This document shows, piece by piece, positions 28,632-43,901 of a stretch of 64,000 nucleotides of DNA. This stretch comes from the human T2T-CHM13v2.0 reference genome, Homo sapiens. The position numbers and the translations under genes were made by a program. Positions within the stretch are counted from its first letter, which is position 1; each line of letters starts with the position of its first letter. The stretch lies in NCBI RefSeq assembly GCF_009914755.1, contig NC_060925.1. One strand, given 5' to 3'. The notes under the pieces were generated by a model. The model was not told the origin of the DNA. It was given only the letters and a program-made list of their open reading frames with translations, and did not search any database.

Positions 28632-31600
28632 GAATTCAAAGGAATCATCATCAAATGGAACCGAATGGAATCCTCATTGAATGGAAATGAAAGGGGTCAT
28701 CATCTAATGGAATCGCATGGAATCATCATCAAATGGAATCGAATGGAATCATCATCAAATGGAATCTAATGGAATCATTGAACAGAATTGAATGGAATCG
28801 TCATCGAATGAATTGAATGCAATCATCGAATGGTCTCGAATGGAATCATCTTCTAATGGAAAGGAATGGAATCATCGCATAGAATCGAATGGAATTATCA
28901 TCGAATGGAATCGAATGGTATCAACACCAAACGGAAAAATACGGAATTATCGAATGGAATCGAAGAGAATCTTCGAACGGACCCGAATGGAATCATCTAA
29001 TGGAATGGAATGGAATAATCCATGGACTCGAATGCAATCATCATCGAATGGAATCGAATGGAATCATCGAATGGACTCGAATGGAATAATCATTGAACGG
29101 AATCGAATGGAATCATCATCGGATGGAAACGAATGGAATCATCATCGAATGGAAATGAAAGGAGTCATCATCTAATGGAATTGCATGGAATCATCATAAA
29201 ATGGAATCGAATGGAATCAACATCAAATGGAATCAAATGGAATCATTGAACGGAATTGAATGGAATCGTCATCGAATGAATTGACTGCAATCATCGAATG
29301 TTCTCGAATGGAATCATCTTCAAATGAAATGGAATGGAATCATCGCATAGAATCGAATGGAATTATCATCGAATGGAATCGAATGGAATCAACATCAAAC
29401 GGAAAAAAACGGAATTATCGTATGGAATCGAAGAGAATCATCGAATAGACCCGAATGGAATCATCTAATAGAATGGAATGGAATAATCCATGGACTCGAA
29501 TGCAATCATCATCGAATGGAATCGAATGGAATCATCGAATGGACTCGAATGGAATAATCATTGAACGGAATCGAATGGAATCATCATCGGATGGAAATGA
29601 ATGGAATCATCATCGAATGGAATCTAATAGAATTATGGAATGAAATCCAGTGTGATCATCATCGAATGGACCCGAATGGAATCATCATCCAACGGAAGCT
29701 AATGGAATCAACATCGAATGAATCAAATGGAAACACCATCGAATTGAAAGGAATGGAATTATCATGAAATTGAAATGGATGGACTCATCATCGAATGGAT
29801 TCGAATGGAATCATCGAATAAAATTGATTGAAATCATCATCGAATGGAATCGAATGGTATCATTGAATGGAATCGAATGGAATCATCATCAGATGGAAAT
29901 GAATGGAATCGTCATAGAATGGAATCGAATGGATTCATTGAATGGAATCAGATGGAATCATCGAATGGACTGGAATGGAATCATTGAATGGACTCGAAAG
30001 GGATCATGATTGAATGGAATTGAATGGAATCATCGAATGGTCTCGATTGGAATCATTATCAAATGGAATCGAATGGAATCACCGAATAGAATCGAATGGA
30101 ACAATCATCGAATGGACTCAAATGGAATTATCCTCAAATGGAATCGAATGGAATTATCGAATGCAATCGAATGGAATTATCGAATGCAATCGAATAGAAT
30201 CATCGAAAGGACTCGAATGGAATCATCGAATGGAATGGAATGGAACAGTCAATGAACTCGAATGGAATCATCATTGAATGGAATCGAATGGAATCATCGA
30301 GTGGAATCGAATGGAATTATGATCAAATGGAATCGAATGTAATCATCATCAAATGGAATCAAAAATAACCATCATCAATTGGTATTGAATGGAATTGTCA
30401 TCAAATGGAATTCAAAGGAATCATCATCAAATGGAACCGAATGGAATCCTCATTGAATGGAAATGAAAGGGGTCATCATCTAATGGAATCGGATGGAATC
30501 ATCATCAAATGGAATCGAATGGAATCATCATCAAATGGAATCTAATGGAATCATTGAACAGAATTGAATGGAATCGTCATCGAATGAATTGAATGCAATC
30601 ATCGAATGGTCTCGAATGGAATCATCTTCTAATGGAAAGGAATGGAATCATCGCATAGAATCGAATGGAATTATCATCGAATGGAATCGAATGGTATCAA
30701 CACCAAACGGAAAAAAACGGAATTATCGAATGGAATCGAAGAGAATCTTCGAACGGACCCGAATGGAATCATCTAATGGAATGGAATGGAATAATCCATG
30801 GACTCGAATGCAATCATCATCGAATGGAATCGAATGGAATCATCGAATGGACTCGAATGGAATAATCATTGAACGGAATCGAATGGAATCATCATCGGAT
30901 GGAAACGAATGGAATCATCATCGAATGGAAATGAAAGGAGTCATCATCTAATGGAATTGCATGGAATCATCATAAGATGGAATCGAATGGAATCAAAATC
31001 AAATGGAATCAAATGGAATCATCGAACGGAATTGAATGGAATCGTCATCGAATGAATTGACTGCAATCATCGAATGGTCTCGAATGGAATCATCTTCAAA
31101 TGGAATGGAATGGAATCATCGCATAGAATCGAATGGAATTATCATCGAATGGAATCGAATGGAATCAACATCAAACGGAAAAAAACAGAATTATCGTATG
31201 GAATTGAAGAGAATCATCGAATGGACCCGAATGGAATCATCTAATGGAATGGAATGGAATAATCCATGGACTCGAATGCAATCATCATCGAATGGAATCG
31301 AATGGAATCTTCGAATGGACTCGAATGGAATAATCATTGAACGGAATCGAATGTAATCATCATCGGATGGAAATGAATGGAATCATCATCGAATGGAATC
31401 GAATAGAATTATGGAATGAAATCCAGTGTGATCATCATCGAATGGACCCGAATGGAATCATCATCCAACGGAAGCTAATGGAATCAACATCGAATGAATC
31501 GAATGGAAACACCATCGAATTGAAACGAATGGAATTATCATGAAATTGAAATGGATGGACTCATCATCGAATGGATTCGAATGGAATCAACGAATAAAAT

Positions 31601-34600
31601 TGATTGAAATCATCATCAAATGGAATCGAATGGTATCATTGAATGGAATCGAATGGAATCATCATCAGATGGAAATGAATGGAATCGTCATAGAATGGAA
31701 TCGAATGGATTCATTGAATGGAATCAGATGGAATCATCGAATGGACTGGAATGGAATCATTGAATGGACTCGAAAGGGATCATTATTGAATGGAATTGAA
31801 TGGAATCATCGAATGGTCTCGATTGGAATCATTATCAAATGGAATCGAATGGAATCACCGAATAGAATCGAATGGAACAATCATCGAATGGACTCAAATG
31901 GAATTATCCTCAAATGGAATCGAATGGAATTATCGAATGCAATCGAATGGAATTATCGAATGCAATCGAATAGAATCATCGAAAGGACTCGAATGGAATC
32001 ATCGAATGGAATGGAATGGAACAGTCAGTGAACTCGAATGGAATCATCATTGAATGGAATCGAATGGAATCATCGAGTGGAATCGAATGGAATTATGATC
32101 AAATGGAATCGAATGTAATCATCATCAAATGGAATCAAAAATAACCATCATCAATTGGTATTGAATGGAATTGTCATCAAATGGAATTCAAAGGAATCAT
32201 CATCAAATGGAACCGAATGGAATCCTCATTGAATGGAAATGAAAGGGGTCATCATCTAATGGAATCGCATGGAATCATCATCAAATGGAATCGAATGGAA
32301 TCATCATCAAATGGAATCTAATGGAATCATTGAACAGAATTGAATGGAATGGTCATCGAATGAATTGAATGCAATCATCGAATGGTCTCGAATGGAATCA
32401 TCTTCTAATGGAAAGGAATGGAATCATCGCATAGAATCGAATGGAATTATCATCGAATGGAATCGAATGGTATCAACACCAAACGGAAAAAAACGGAATT
32501 GTCGAATGGAATCGAAGAGAATCTTCGAACGGACCTGAATGGAATCATCTAATGGAATAGAATGGAATAATCCATGGAGTCGAATGCAATCATCATCGAA
32601 TGGAATCGAATGGAATCATCGAATGGACTCGAATGGAATAATCATTGAACGGAATCGATTGGAATCATCATCGGATGGAAACGAATGGAATCATCATCGA
32701 ATGGAAATGAAAGGAGTCATCATCTAATGGAATTGCATGGAATCATCATAAAATGGAATCGAATGGAATCAACATCAAATGGAATCAAATGGAATCATTG
32801 AACGGAATTGAATGGAATCGTCATCGAATGAATTGACTGCAATCATCCAATGGTCTCGAATGGAATCATGTTCAAATGGAATGGAATGGAATCATCGCAT
32901 AGAATCGAATGGAATTATCATCGAATGGAATCGAATGGAATCAACATCCAACGGAAAAAACGGAATTATCGAATGGAATCGAAGAGAATCATCGAATGGA
33001 CCCGAATGGAATCATCTAATGGAATGGAATGGAATAATCCATGGACTCGAATGCAATCATCATCGAATGGAATCGAATGGAATCATCGAATGGACTCGAA
33101 TGGAATAATCATTGAACGGAATCGAATGGAATCATCATCGGATGGAAATGAATGGAATCATCATCGAATGGAATCGAATAGAATTATGGAATGAAATCCA
33201 GTGTGATCATCATCGAATGGACCCGAATGGAATCATCATCCAACGGAAGCTAATGGAATCAACATCGAATGAATCGAATGGAAACACCATCGAATTGAAA
33301 CGAATGGAATTATCATGAAATTGAAACGGATGGACACATCATCGAATGGATTCGAATGGAATCATCGAATAAAATTGATTGAAATCATCATCAAATGGAA
33401 TCGAATGGTATCATTGAATGGAATCGAATGGAATCATCATCAGATGGAAATGAATGGAATCGTCATAGAATGGAATCGAATGGATTCATTGAATGGAATC
33501 AGATGGAATCATCGAATGGACTGGAATGGAATCATTGAATGGACTCGAAAGGGATCATGATTGAATGGAATTGAATGGAATCATCGAATGGTCTCGATTG
33601 GAATCATTATCAAATGGAATCGAATGGAATCACCGAATAGAATCGAATGGAACAATCATCGAATGGACTCAAATGGAATTATCCTCAAATGGAATCGAAT
33701 GGAATTATCGAATGCAATCGAATGGAATTATCGAATGCAATCGAATAGAATCATCGAATGGACTCGAATGGAATCATCGAATGGAATGGAATGGAACAGT
33801 CAATGAACTCGAATGGAATCATCATTGAATGGAATCGAATGGAATCATCGAGTGGAATCGAATGGAATTATGATCAAATGGAATCGAATGTAATAATCAT
33901 CAAATGGAATCAAAAATAACAATCATCAATTGGTATTGAATGGAATTGTCATCAAATGGAATTCAAAGGAATCATCATCAAATGGAACCGAATGGAATCC
34001 TCATTGAATGGAAATGAAAGGGGTCATCATCTAATGGAATCGCATGGAATCATCATCAAATGGAATCGAATGGAATCATCATCAAATGGAATCTAATGGA
34101 ATCATTGAACAGAATTGAATGGAATCTTCATCGAATGAATTGAATGCAATCATCGAATGGTCTCGAATGGAATCATCTTCTAATGGAAAGGAATGGAATC
34201 ATCGCATAGAATCGAATGGAATTATCATCGAATGGAATCGAATGGTATGAACACCAAACGGAAAAAAACGGAATTATCGAATGGAATCGAAGAGAATCTT
34301 CGAACGGACCCGAATGGAATCATCTAATGGAATGGAATGGAATAATCCATCGACTCGAATGCAATCATCATCGAATGGAATCGAATGGAATCATCGAATG
34401 GACTCGAATGGAATAATCATTGAACGGAATCGAATGGAATCATCATCGGATGGAAACGAATGGAATCATCATCGAATGGAAATGAAAGGAGTCATCATCT
34501 AATGGAATTGCATGGAATCATCATAAAATGGAATCGAATGGAATCAACATCAAATGGAATCAAATGGAATCATTGAACGGAATTGAATGGAATCGTCATC

Positions 34601-37600
34601 GAATGAATTGACTGCAATCATCGAATGGTCTCGAATGGAATCATCTTCAAATGGAATGGAATGGAATCATCCCATAGAATCGAATGGAATTATCATCGAA
34701 TGGAATCGAATGGAATCAACATCCAACGGAAAAAAACGGAATTATCGAATGGAATCGAAGAGAATCATCGAATGGACCCGAATGGAATCATCTAATGGAA
34801 TGGAATGGAATAATCCATGGACTCGAATGCAATCATCATCGAATGGAATCGAATGGAATCATCGAATGGACTCGAATGGAATAATCATTGAACGGAATCG
34901 AATGGAATCATCATCGGATGGAAATGAATGGAATCATCATCGAATGGAATCGAATAGAATTATGGAATGAAATCCAGTGTGATCATCATCGAATGGACCC
35001 GAATGGAATCATCATCCAACGGAAGCTAACGGAATCAACATCGAATGAATCGAATGGAAACACCATCGAATTGAAACGAATGGAATTATCATGAAATTGA
35101 AATGGATGGACTCATCATCGAATGGATTCGAATGGAATCATCGAATAAAATTGATTGAAATCATCATCCAATGGAATCGAATGGTATCATTGAATGGAAT
35201 CGAATGGAATCATCATCAGATGGAAATGAATGGAATCGTCATAGAATGGAATCGAATGGATTCATTGAATGGAATCAGATGGAATCATCGAATGGACTGG
35301 AATGGAATCATTGAATGGACTCGAAAGGGATCATGATTGAATGGAATTGAATGGAATCATCGAATGGTCTCGATTGGAATCATTATCAAATGGAATCGAA
35401 TGGAATCACCGAATAGAATCGAATGGAACAATCATCGAATGGACTCAAATGGAATTATCCTCCAATGGAATCGAATGGAATTATCGAATGCAATCGAATG
35501 GAATTATCGAATGCAATCGAATAGAATCATCGAATGGACTCGAATGGAATCATCGAATGGAATGGAATGGAACAGTCAATGAACTCGAATGGAATCATCA
35601 TTGAATGGAATCGAATGGAATCATCGAGTGGAATCGAATGGAATTATGATCAAATGGAATCGAATGTAATCATCATGAAATGGAATCAAAAATAACCATC
35701 ATCAATTGGTATTGAATGGAATTGTCATCAAATGGAATTCAAAGGAATCATCATCAAATGGAACCGAATGGAATCCTCATTGAATGGAAATGAAAGGGGT
35801 CATCATCTAATGGAATCGCATGGAATCATCATCAAATGGAATCGAATGGAATCATCATCAAATGGAATCTAATGGAATCATTGAACAGAATTGAATGGAA
35901 TCGTCATCAAATGAATTGAATGCAATCATCGAATGGTCTCGAATGGAATCATCTTCTAATGGAAAGGAATGGAATCATCGCATAGAATCGAATGGAATTA
36001 TCATCGAATGGAATCGAATGGTATCAACACCAAACGGAAAAAAACGGAATTATCGAATGGAATCGAAGAGAATCTTCGAACGGACCCGAATGGAATCATC
36101 TAATGGAATGGAATGGAATAATCCATGGACTCGAATGCAATCATCATCGAATGGAATGGAATGGAATCATCGAATGGACTCGAATGGAATAATCATTGAA
36201 CGGAATCGAATGGAATCATCATCGGATGGAAACGAATGGAATCATCATCGAATGGAAATGAAAGGAGTCATCATCTAATGGAATTGCATGGAATCATCAT
36301 AAAATGGAATCGAATGGAATCAACATCAAATGGAATCAAATGGAATCATTGAACGGAATTGAATGGAATCGTCATCGAATGAATTGACTGCAATCATCGA
36401 ATGGTCTCGAATGGAATCATCTTCAAATGGAATGGAATGGAATCATCGCATAGAATCGAATGGAATTATCATCGAATGGAATCGAATGGAATCAACATCC
36501 AACGGAAAAAAACAGAATTATCGTATGGAATCGAAGAGAATCATCGAATGGACCCGAATGGAATCATCTAATGGAATGGAATGGAATAATCCATGGACTC
36601 GAATGCAATCATCATCGAATGGAATCGAATGGAATCATCGAATGGACTCGAATGGAATAATCATTGAACGGAATCGAATGGAATCATCATCGGATGGAAA
36701 TGAATGGAATCATCATCGAATGGAATCGAATAGAATTATGGAATGAAATCCAGTGTGATCATCATCGAATGGACCCGAATGGAATCATCATCCAACGGAA
36801 GCTAATGGAATCAACATCGAATGAATCGAATGGAAACACCATCGAATTGAAACGAATGGAATTATCATGAAATTGAAATGGATGGACTCATCATCGAATG
36901 GATTCGAATGGAATCATCGAATAAAATTGATTGAAATCATCATCAAATGGAATCGAATGGTATCATTGAATGGAATCGAATGGAATCATCATCAGATGGA
37001 AATGAATGGAATCGTCATAGAATGGAATCGAATGGATTCATTGAATGGAATCAGATGGAATCATCGAATGGACTGGAATGGAATCATTGAATGGACTCGA
37101 AAGGGATCATGATTGAATGGAATTGAATGGAATCATCGAATGGTCTCGATTGGAATCATTACCAAATGGAATCGAATGGAATCACCGAATAGAATCGAAT
37201 GGAACAATCATCGAATGGACTCAAATGGAATTATCCTCAAATGGAATCGAATGGAATTATCGAATGCAATCGAATGGAATTATCGAATGCAATCGAATAG
37301 AATCATCGAATGGACTCGAATGGAATCATCGAATGGAATGGAATGGAACAGTCAATGAACTCGAATGGAATCATCATTGAATGGAATCGAATGGAATCAT
37401 CGAGTGGAATCGAATGGAATTATGATCAAATGGAATCGAATGTAATCATCATGAAATGGAATCAAAAATAACCATCATCAATTGGTATTGAATGGAATTG
37501 TCATCAAATGGAATTCAAAGGAATCATCATCAAATGGAACCGAATGGAATCCTCATTGAATGGAAATGAAAGGGGTCATCATCTAATGGAATCGCATGGA

Positions 37601-40600
37601 ATCATCATCAAATGGAATCGAATGGAATCATCATCAAATGGAATCTAATGGAATCATTGAACAGAATTGAATGGAATCGTCATCAAATGAATTGAATGCA
37701 ATCATCGAATGGTCTCGAATGGAATCATCTTCTAATGGAAAGGAATGGAATCATCGCATAGAATCGAATGGAATTATCATCGAATGGAATCGAATGGTAT
37801 CAACACCAAACGGAAAAAAACGGAATTATCGAATGGAATCGAAGAGAATCTTCGAACGGACCCGAATGGAATCATCTAATGGAATGGAATGGAATAATCC
37901 ATGGACTCGAATGCAATCATCATCGAATGGAATGGAATGGAATCATCGAATGGACTCGAATGGAATAATCATTGAACGGAATCGAATGGAATCATCATCG
38001 GATGGAAACGAATGGAATCATCATCGAATAGAAATGAAAGGAGTCATCATCTAATGGAATTGCATGGAATCATCATAAAATGGAATCGAATGGAATCAAC
38101 ATCAAATGGAATCAAATGGAATCATTGAACGGAATTGAATGGAATCGTCATCGAATGAATTGACTGCAATCATCGAATGGTCTCGAATGGAATCATCTTC
38201 AAATGGAATGGAATGGAATCATCGCATAGAATCGAATGGAATTATCATCGAATGGAATCGAATGGAATCAACATCAAACGGAAAAAAACAGAATTATCGT
38301 ATGGAATCGAAGAGAATCATCGAATGGACCCGAATGGAATCATCTAATGGAATGGAATGGAATAATCCATGGACTCGAATGCAATCATCATCGAATGGAA
38401 TCGAATGGAATCATCGAATGGACTCGAATGGAATAATCATTGAACGGAATCGAATGGAATCATCATCGGATGGAAATGAATGGAATCATCATCGAATGGA
38501 ATCGAATAGAATTATGGAATGAAATCCAGTGTGATCATCATCGAATGGACCCGAATGGAATCATCATCCAACGGAAGCTAATGGAATCAACATCGAATGA
38601 ATCGAATGGAAACACCATCGAATTGAAACGAATGGAATTATCATGAAATTGAAATGGATGGACTCATCATCGAATGGATTCGAATGGAATCATCGAATAA
38701 AATTGATTGAAATCATCATCAAATGGAATCGAATGGTATCATTGAATGGAATCGAATGGAATCATCATCAGATGGAAATGAATGGAATCGTCATAGAATG
38801 GAATCGAATGGATTCATTGAATGGAATCAGATGGAATCATCGAATGGACTGGAATGGAATCATTGAATGGACTCGAAAGGGATCATGATTGAATGGAATT
38901 GAATGGAATCATCGAATGGTCTCGATTGGAATCATTATCAAATGGAATCGAATGGAATCACCGAATAGAATCGAATGGAACAATCATCGAATGGACTCAA
39001 ATGGAATTATCCTCCAATGGAATCGAATGGAATTATCGAATGCAATCGAATGGAATTATCGAATGCAATCGAATAGAATCATCGAATGGACTCGAATGGA
39101 ATCATCGAATGGAATGGAATGGAACAGTCAATGAACTCGAATGGAATCATCATTGAATGGAATCGAATGGAATCATCGAGTGGAATCGAATGGAATTATG
39201 ATCAAATGGAATCGAATGTAATCATCATGAAATGGAATCAAAAATAACCATCATCAATTGGTATTGAATGGAATTGTCATCAAATGGAATTCAAAGGAAT
39301 CATCATCAAATGGAACCGAATGGAATCCTCATTGAATGGAAATGAAAGGGGTCATCATCTAATGGAATCGCATGGAATCATCATCAAATGGAATCGAATG
39401 GAATCATCATCAAATGGAATCTAATGGAATCATTGAACAGAATTGAATGGAATCGTCATCAAATGAATTGAATGCAATCATCGAATGGTCTCGAATGGAA
39501 TCATCTTCTAATGGAAAGGAATGGAATCATCGCATAGAATCGAATGGAATTATCATCGAATGGAATCGAATGGTATCAACACCAAACGGAAAAAAACGGA
39601 ATTATCGAATGGAATCGAAGAGAATCTTCGAACGGACCCGAATGGAATCATCTAATGGAATGGAATGGAATAATCCATGGACTCGAATGCAATCATCATC
39701 GAATGGAATGGAATGGAATCATCGAATGGACTCGAATGGAATAATCATTGAACGGAATCGAATGGAATCATCATCGGATGGAAACGAATGGAATCATCAT
39801 CGAATGGAAATGAAAGGAGTCATCATCTAATGGAATTGCATGGAATCATCATAAAATGGAATCGAATGGAATCAACATCAAATGGAATCAAATGGAATCA
39901 TTGAACGGAATTGAATGGAATCGTCATCGAATGAATTGACTGCAATCATCGAATGGTCTCGAATGGAATCATCTTCAAATGGAATGGAATGGAATCATCG
40001 CATAGAATCGAATGGAATTATCATCGAATGGAATCGAATGGAATCAACATCAAACGGAAAAAAACAGAATTATCGTATGGAATCGAAGAGAATCATCGAA
40101 TGGACCCGAATGGAATCATCTAATGGAATGGAATGGAATAATCCATGGACTCGAATGCAATCATCATCGAATGGAATCGAATGGAATCATCGAATGGACT
40201 CGAATGGAATAATCATTGAACGGAATCGAATGGAATCATCATCGGATGGAAATGAATGGAATCATCATCGAATGGAATCGAATAGAATTATGGAATGAAA
40301 TCCAGTGTGATCATCATCGAATGGACCCGAATGGAATCATCATCCAACGGAAGCTAATGGAATCAACATCGAATTAATCGAATGGAAACACCATCGAATT
40401 GAAACGAATGGAATTATCATGAAATTGAAATGGATGGACTCATCATCGAATGGATTCGAATGGAATCATCGAATAAAATTGATTGAAATCATCATCAAAT
40501 GGAATCGAATGGTATCATTGAATGGAATCGAATGGAATCATCATCAGATGGAAATGAATGGAATCGTCATAGAATGGAATCGAATGGATTCATTGAATGG

Positions 40601-42838
40601 AATCAGATGGAATCATCGAATGGACTGGAATGGAATCATTGAATGGACTCGAAAGGGATCATTATTGAATGGAATTGAATGGAATCATCGAATGGTCTCG
40701 ATTGGAATCATTACCAAATGGAATCGAATGGAATCACCGAATAGAATCGAATGGAACAATCATCGAATGGACTCAAATGGAATTATCCTCAAATGGAATC
40801 GAATGGAATTATCGAATGCAATCGAATGGAATTATCGAATGCAATCGAATAGAATCATCGAAAGGACTCGAATGGAATCATCGAATGGAATGGAATGGAA
40901 CAGTCAATGAACTCGAATGGAATCATCATTGAATGGAATCGAATGGAATCATCGAGTGGAATCGAATGGAATTATGATCAAATGGAATCGAATGTAATCA
41001 TCATCAAATGGAATAAAAAATAACCATCATCAATTGGTATTGAATGGAATTGTCATCAAATGGAATTCAAAGGAATCATCATCAAATGGAACCGAATGGA
41101 ATCCTCATTGAATGGAAATGAAAGGGGTCATCATCTAATGGAATCGCATGGAATCATCATCAAATGGAATCGAATGGAATCATCATCAAATGGAATCTAA
41201 TGGAATCATTGAACAGAATTGAATGGAATCGTCATCGAATGAATTGAATGCAATCATCGAATGGTCTCGAATGGAATCATCTTCTAATGGAAAGGAATGG
41301 AATCATCGCATAGAATCGAATGGAATTATCATCGAATGGAATCGAATGGTATCAACACCAAACGGAAAAAAACGGAATTATCGAATGGAATCGAAGAGAA
41401 TCTTCGAACGGACCCGAATGGAATCATCTAATGGAATGGAATGGAATAATCCATGGACTCGAATGCAATCATCATCGAATGGAATCGAATGGAATCATCG
41501 AATGGACTCGAATGGAATAATCATTGAACGGAATCGAATGGAATCATCATCGGATGGAAACGAATGGAATCATCATCGAATGGAAATGAAAGGAGTCATC
41601 ATCTAATGGAATTGCATGGAATCATCATAAAATGGAATCGAATGGAATCAACATCAAATGGAATCAAATGGAATCATTGAACGGAATTGAATGGAATCGT
41701 CATCGAATGAATTGACTGCAATCATCGAATGGTCTCGAATGGAATCATCTTCAAATGGAATGGAATGGAATAATCGCATGGAATCGAATGGAATTATCAT
41801 CGAATGGAATCGAATGGAATCAACATCCAACGGAAAAAAACAGAATTATCGTATGGAATCGAAGAGAATCATCGAATGGACCCGAATGGAATCATCTAAT
41901 GGAATGGAATGGAATAATCCATGGACTCGAATGCAATCATCATCGAATGGAATCGAATGGAATCATCGAATGGACTCGAATGGAATAATCATTGAACGGA
42001 ATCGAATGGAATCATCATCGGATGGAAATGAATGGAATCATCATCGAATGGAATCGAATAGAATTATGGAATGAAATCCAGTGTGATCATCATCGAATGG
42101 ACCCGAATGGAATCATCATCCAACGGAAGCTAATGGAATCAACATCGAATGAATCGAATGGAAACACCATCGAATTGAAACGAATGGAATTATCATGAAA
42201 TTGAAATGGATGGACTCATCATCGAATGGATTCGAATGGAATCATCGAATAAAATTGATTGAAATCATCATCAAATGGAATCGAATGGTATCATTGAATG
42301 GAATCGAATGGAATCATCATCAGATGGAAATGAATGGAATCGTCATAGAATGGAATCGAATGGATTCATTGAATGGAATCAGATGGAATCATCGAATGGA
42401 CTGGAATGGAATCATTGAATGGACTCGAAAGGGATCATGATTGAATGGAATTGAATGGAATCATCGAATGGTCTCGATTGGAATCATTACCAAATGGAAT
42501 CGAATGGAATCACCGAATAGAATCGAATGGAACAATCATCGAATGGACTCAAATGGAATTATCCTCAAATGGAATCGAATGGAATTATCGAATGCAATCG
42601 AATGGAATTATCGAATGCAATCGAATAGAATCATTGAAAGGACTCGAATGGAATCATCGAATGGAATGGAATGGAACAGTCAATGAACTCGAATGGAATC
42701 ATCATTGAATGGAATCGAATGAAATCATCGAATGGAATCGAATGGAATTATGATCAAATGGAATCGAATGTAATCATCATCAAATGGAATCAAAAATAAC
42801 CATCATCAATTGGTATTGAATGGAATTGTCATCAAATG

Positions 42839-43901
42839 GAATTCAAAGGAATCATCATCAAATGGAACCGAATGGAATCCTCATTGAATGGAAATGAAAG
42901 GGGTCATCATCTAATGGAATCGCATGGAATCATCATCAAATGGAATCGAATGGAATCATCATCAAATGGAATCTAATGGAATCATTGAACAGAATTGAAT
43001 GGAATCGTCATCGAATGAATTGAATGCACTCATCGAATGGTCTCGAATGGAATCATCTTCTAATGGAAAGGAATGGAATCATCGCATAGAATCGAATGGA
43101 ATTATCATCGAATGGAATCGAATGGTATCAACACCAAACGGAAAAAAACGGAATTATCGAATGGAATCGAAGAGAATCTTCGAACGGACCCGAATGGAAT
43201 CATCTAATGGAATGGAATGGAATAATCCATGGACTCGAATGCAATCATCATCGAATGGAATCGAATGGAGTCATCGAATGGACTCGAATGGAATAATCAT
43301 TGAACGGAATCGAATGGAATCATCATCGGATGGAAACGAATGGAATCATCATCGAATGGAAATGAAAGGAGTCATCATCTAATGGAATTGCATGGAATCA
43401 TCATAAAATGGAATCGAATGGAATCAACATCAAATGGAATCAAATGGAATCATTGAACGGAATTGAATGGAATCGTCATCGAATGAATTGAATGCAATCA
43501 TCGAAAGGTCTCGAATGGAATCATCTTCAAATGGAATGGAATGGAATCATCGCATAGAATCGAATGGAATTATCATCGAATGGAATCGAATGGAATCAAC
43601 ATCAAACGGAAAAAAACGGAATTATCGAATGGAATAGAAGAGAATCATCGAATGGACCCGAATGGAATCATCTAATGGAATGGAATGGAATAATCCATGG
43701 ACTCGAATGCAATCATCATCGAATGGAATCGAATGGAATCATCGAATGAACTCGAATGGAATCATCATTGAATGGAATCGAATGGAATCATCGAGTGGAA
43801 TCGAATGGAATTATGATCAAATGGAATCGAATGTAATCATCATCAAATGGAATCAAAAATAACCATCATCAATTGGTATTGAATGGAATTGTCATCAAAT
43901 G
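42839..43901 (+). repeat. Isolated 1063-bp truncated unit (713-bp deletion)
   Basis: Junction ATCATCGAATGAACTCGAATGG at ~43745; spacing from 42999 to 44062 is 1063. Confidence 0.93.

Noticed and set aside
31540-32031. Longest ORFs (163 aa; also 40419-40910)
   Set aside because: They arise from one TGA->TTA change (GGATCATGA->GGATCATTA) fusing two spurious ORFs. The same SNP at ~47.05 kb and ~62.3 kb is followed by a new stop. No coding evidence.
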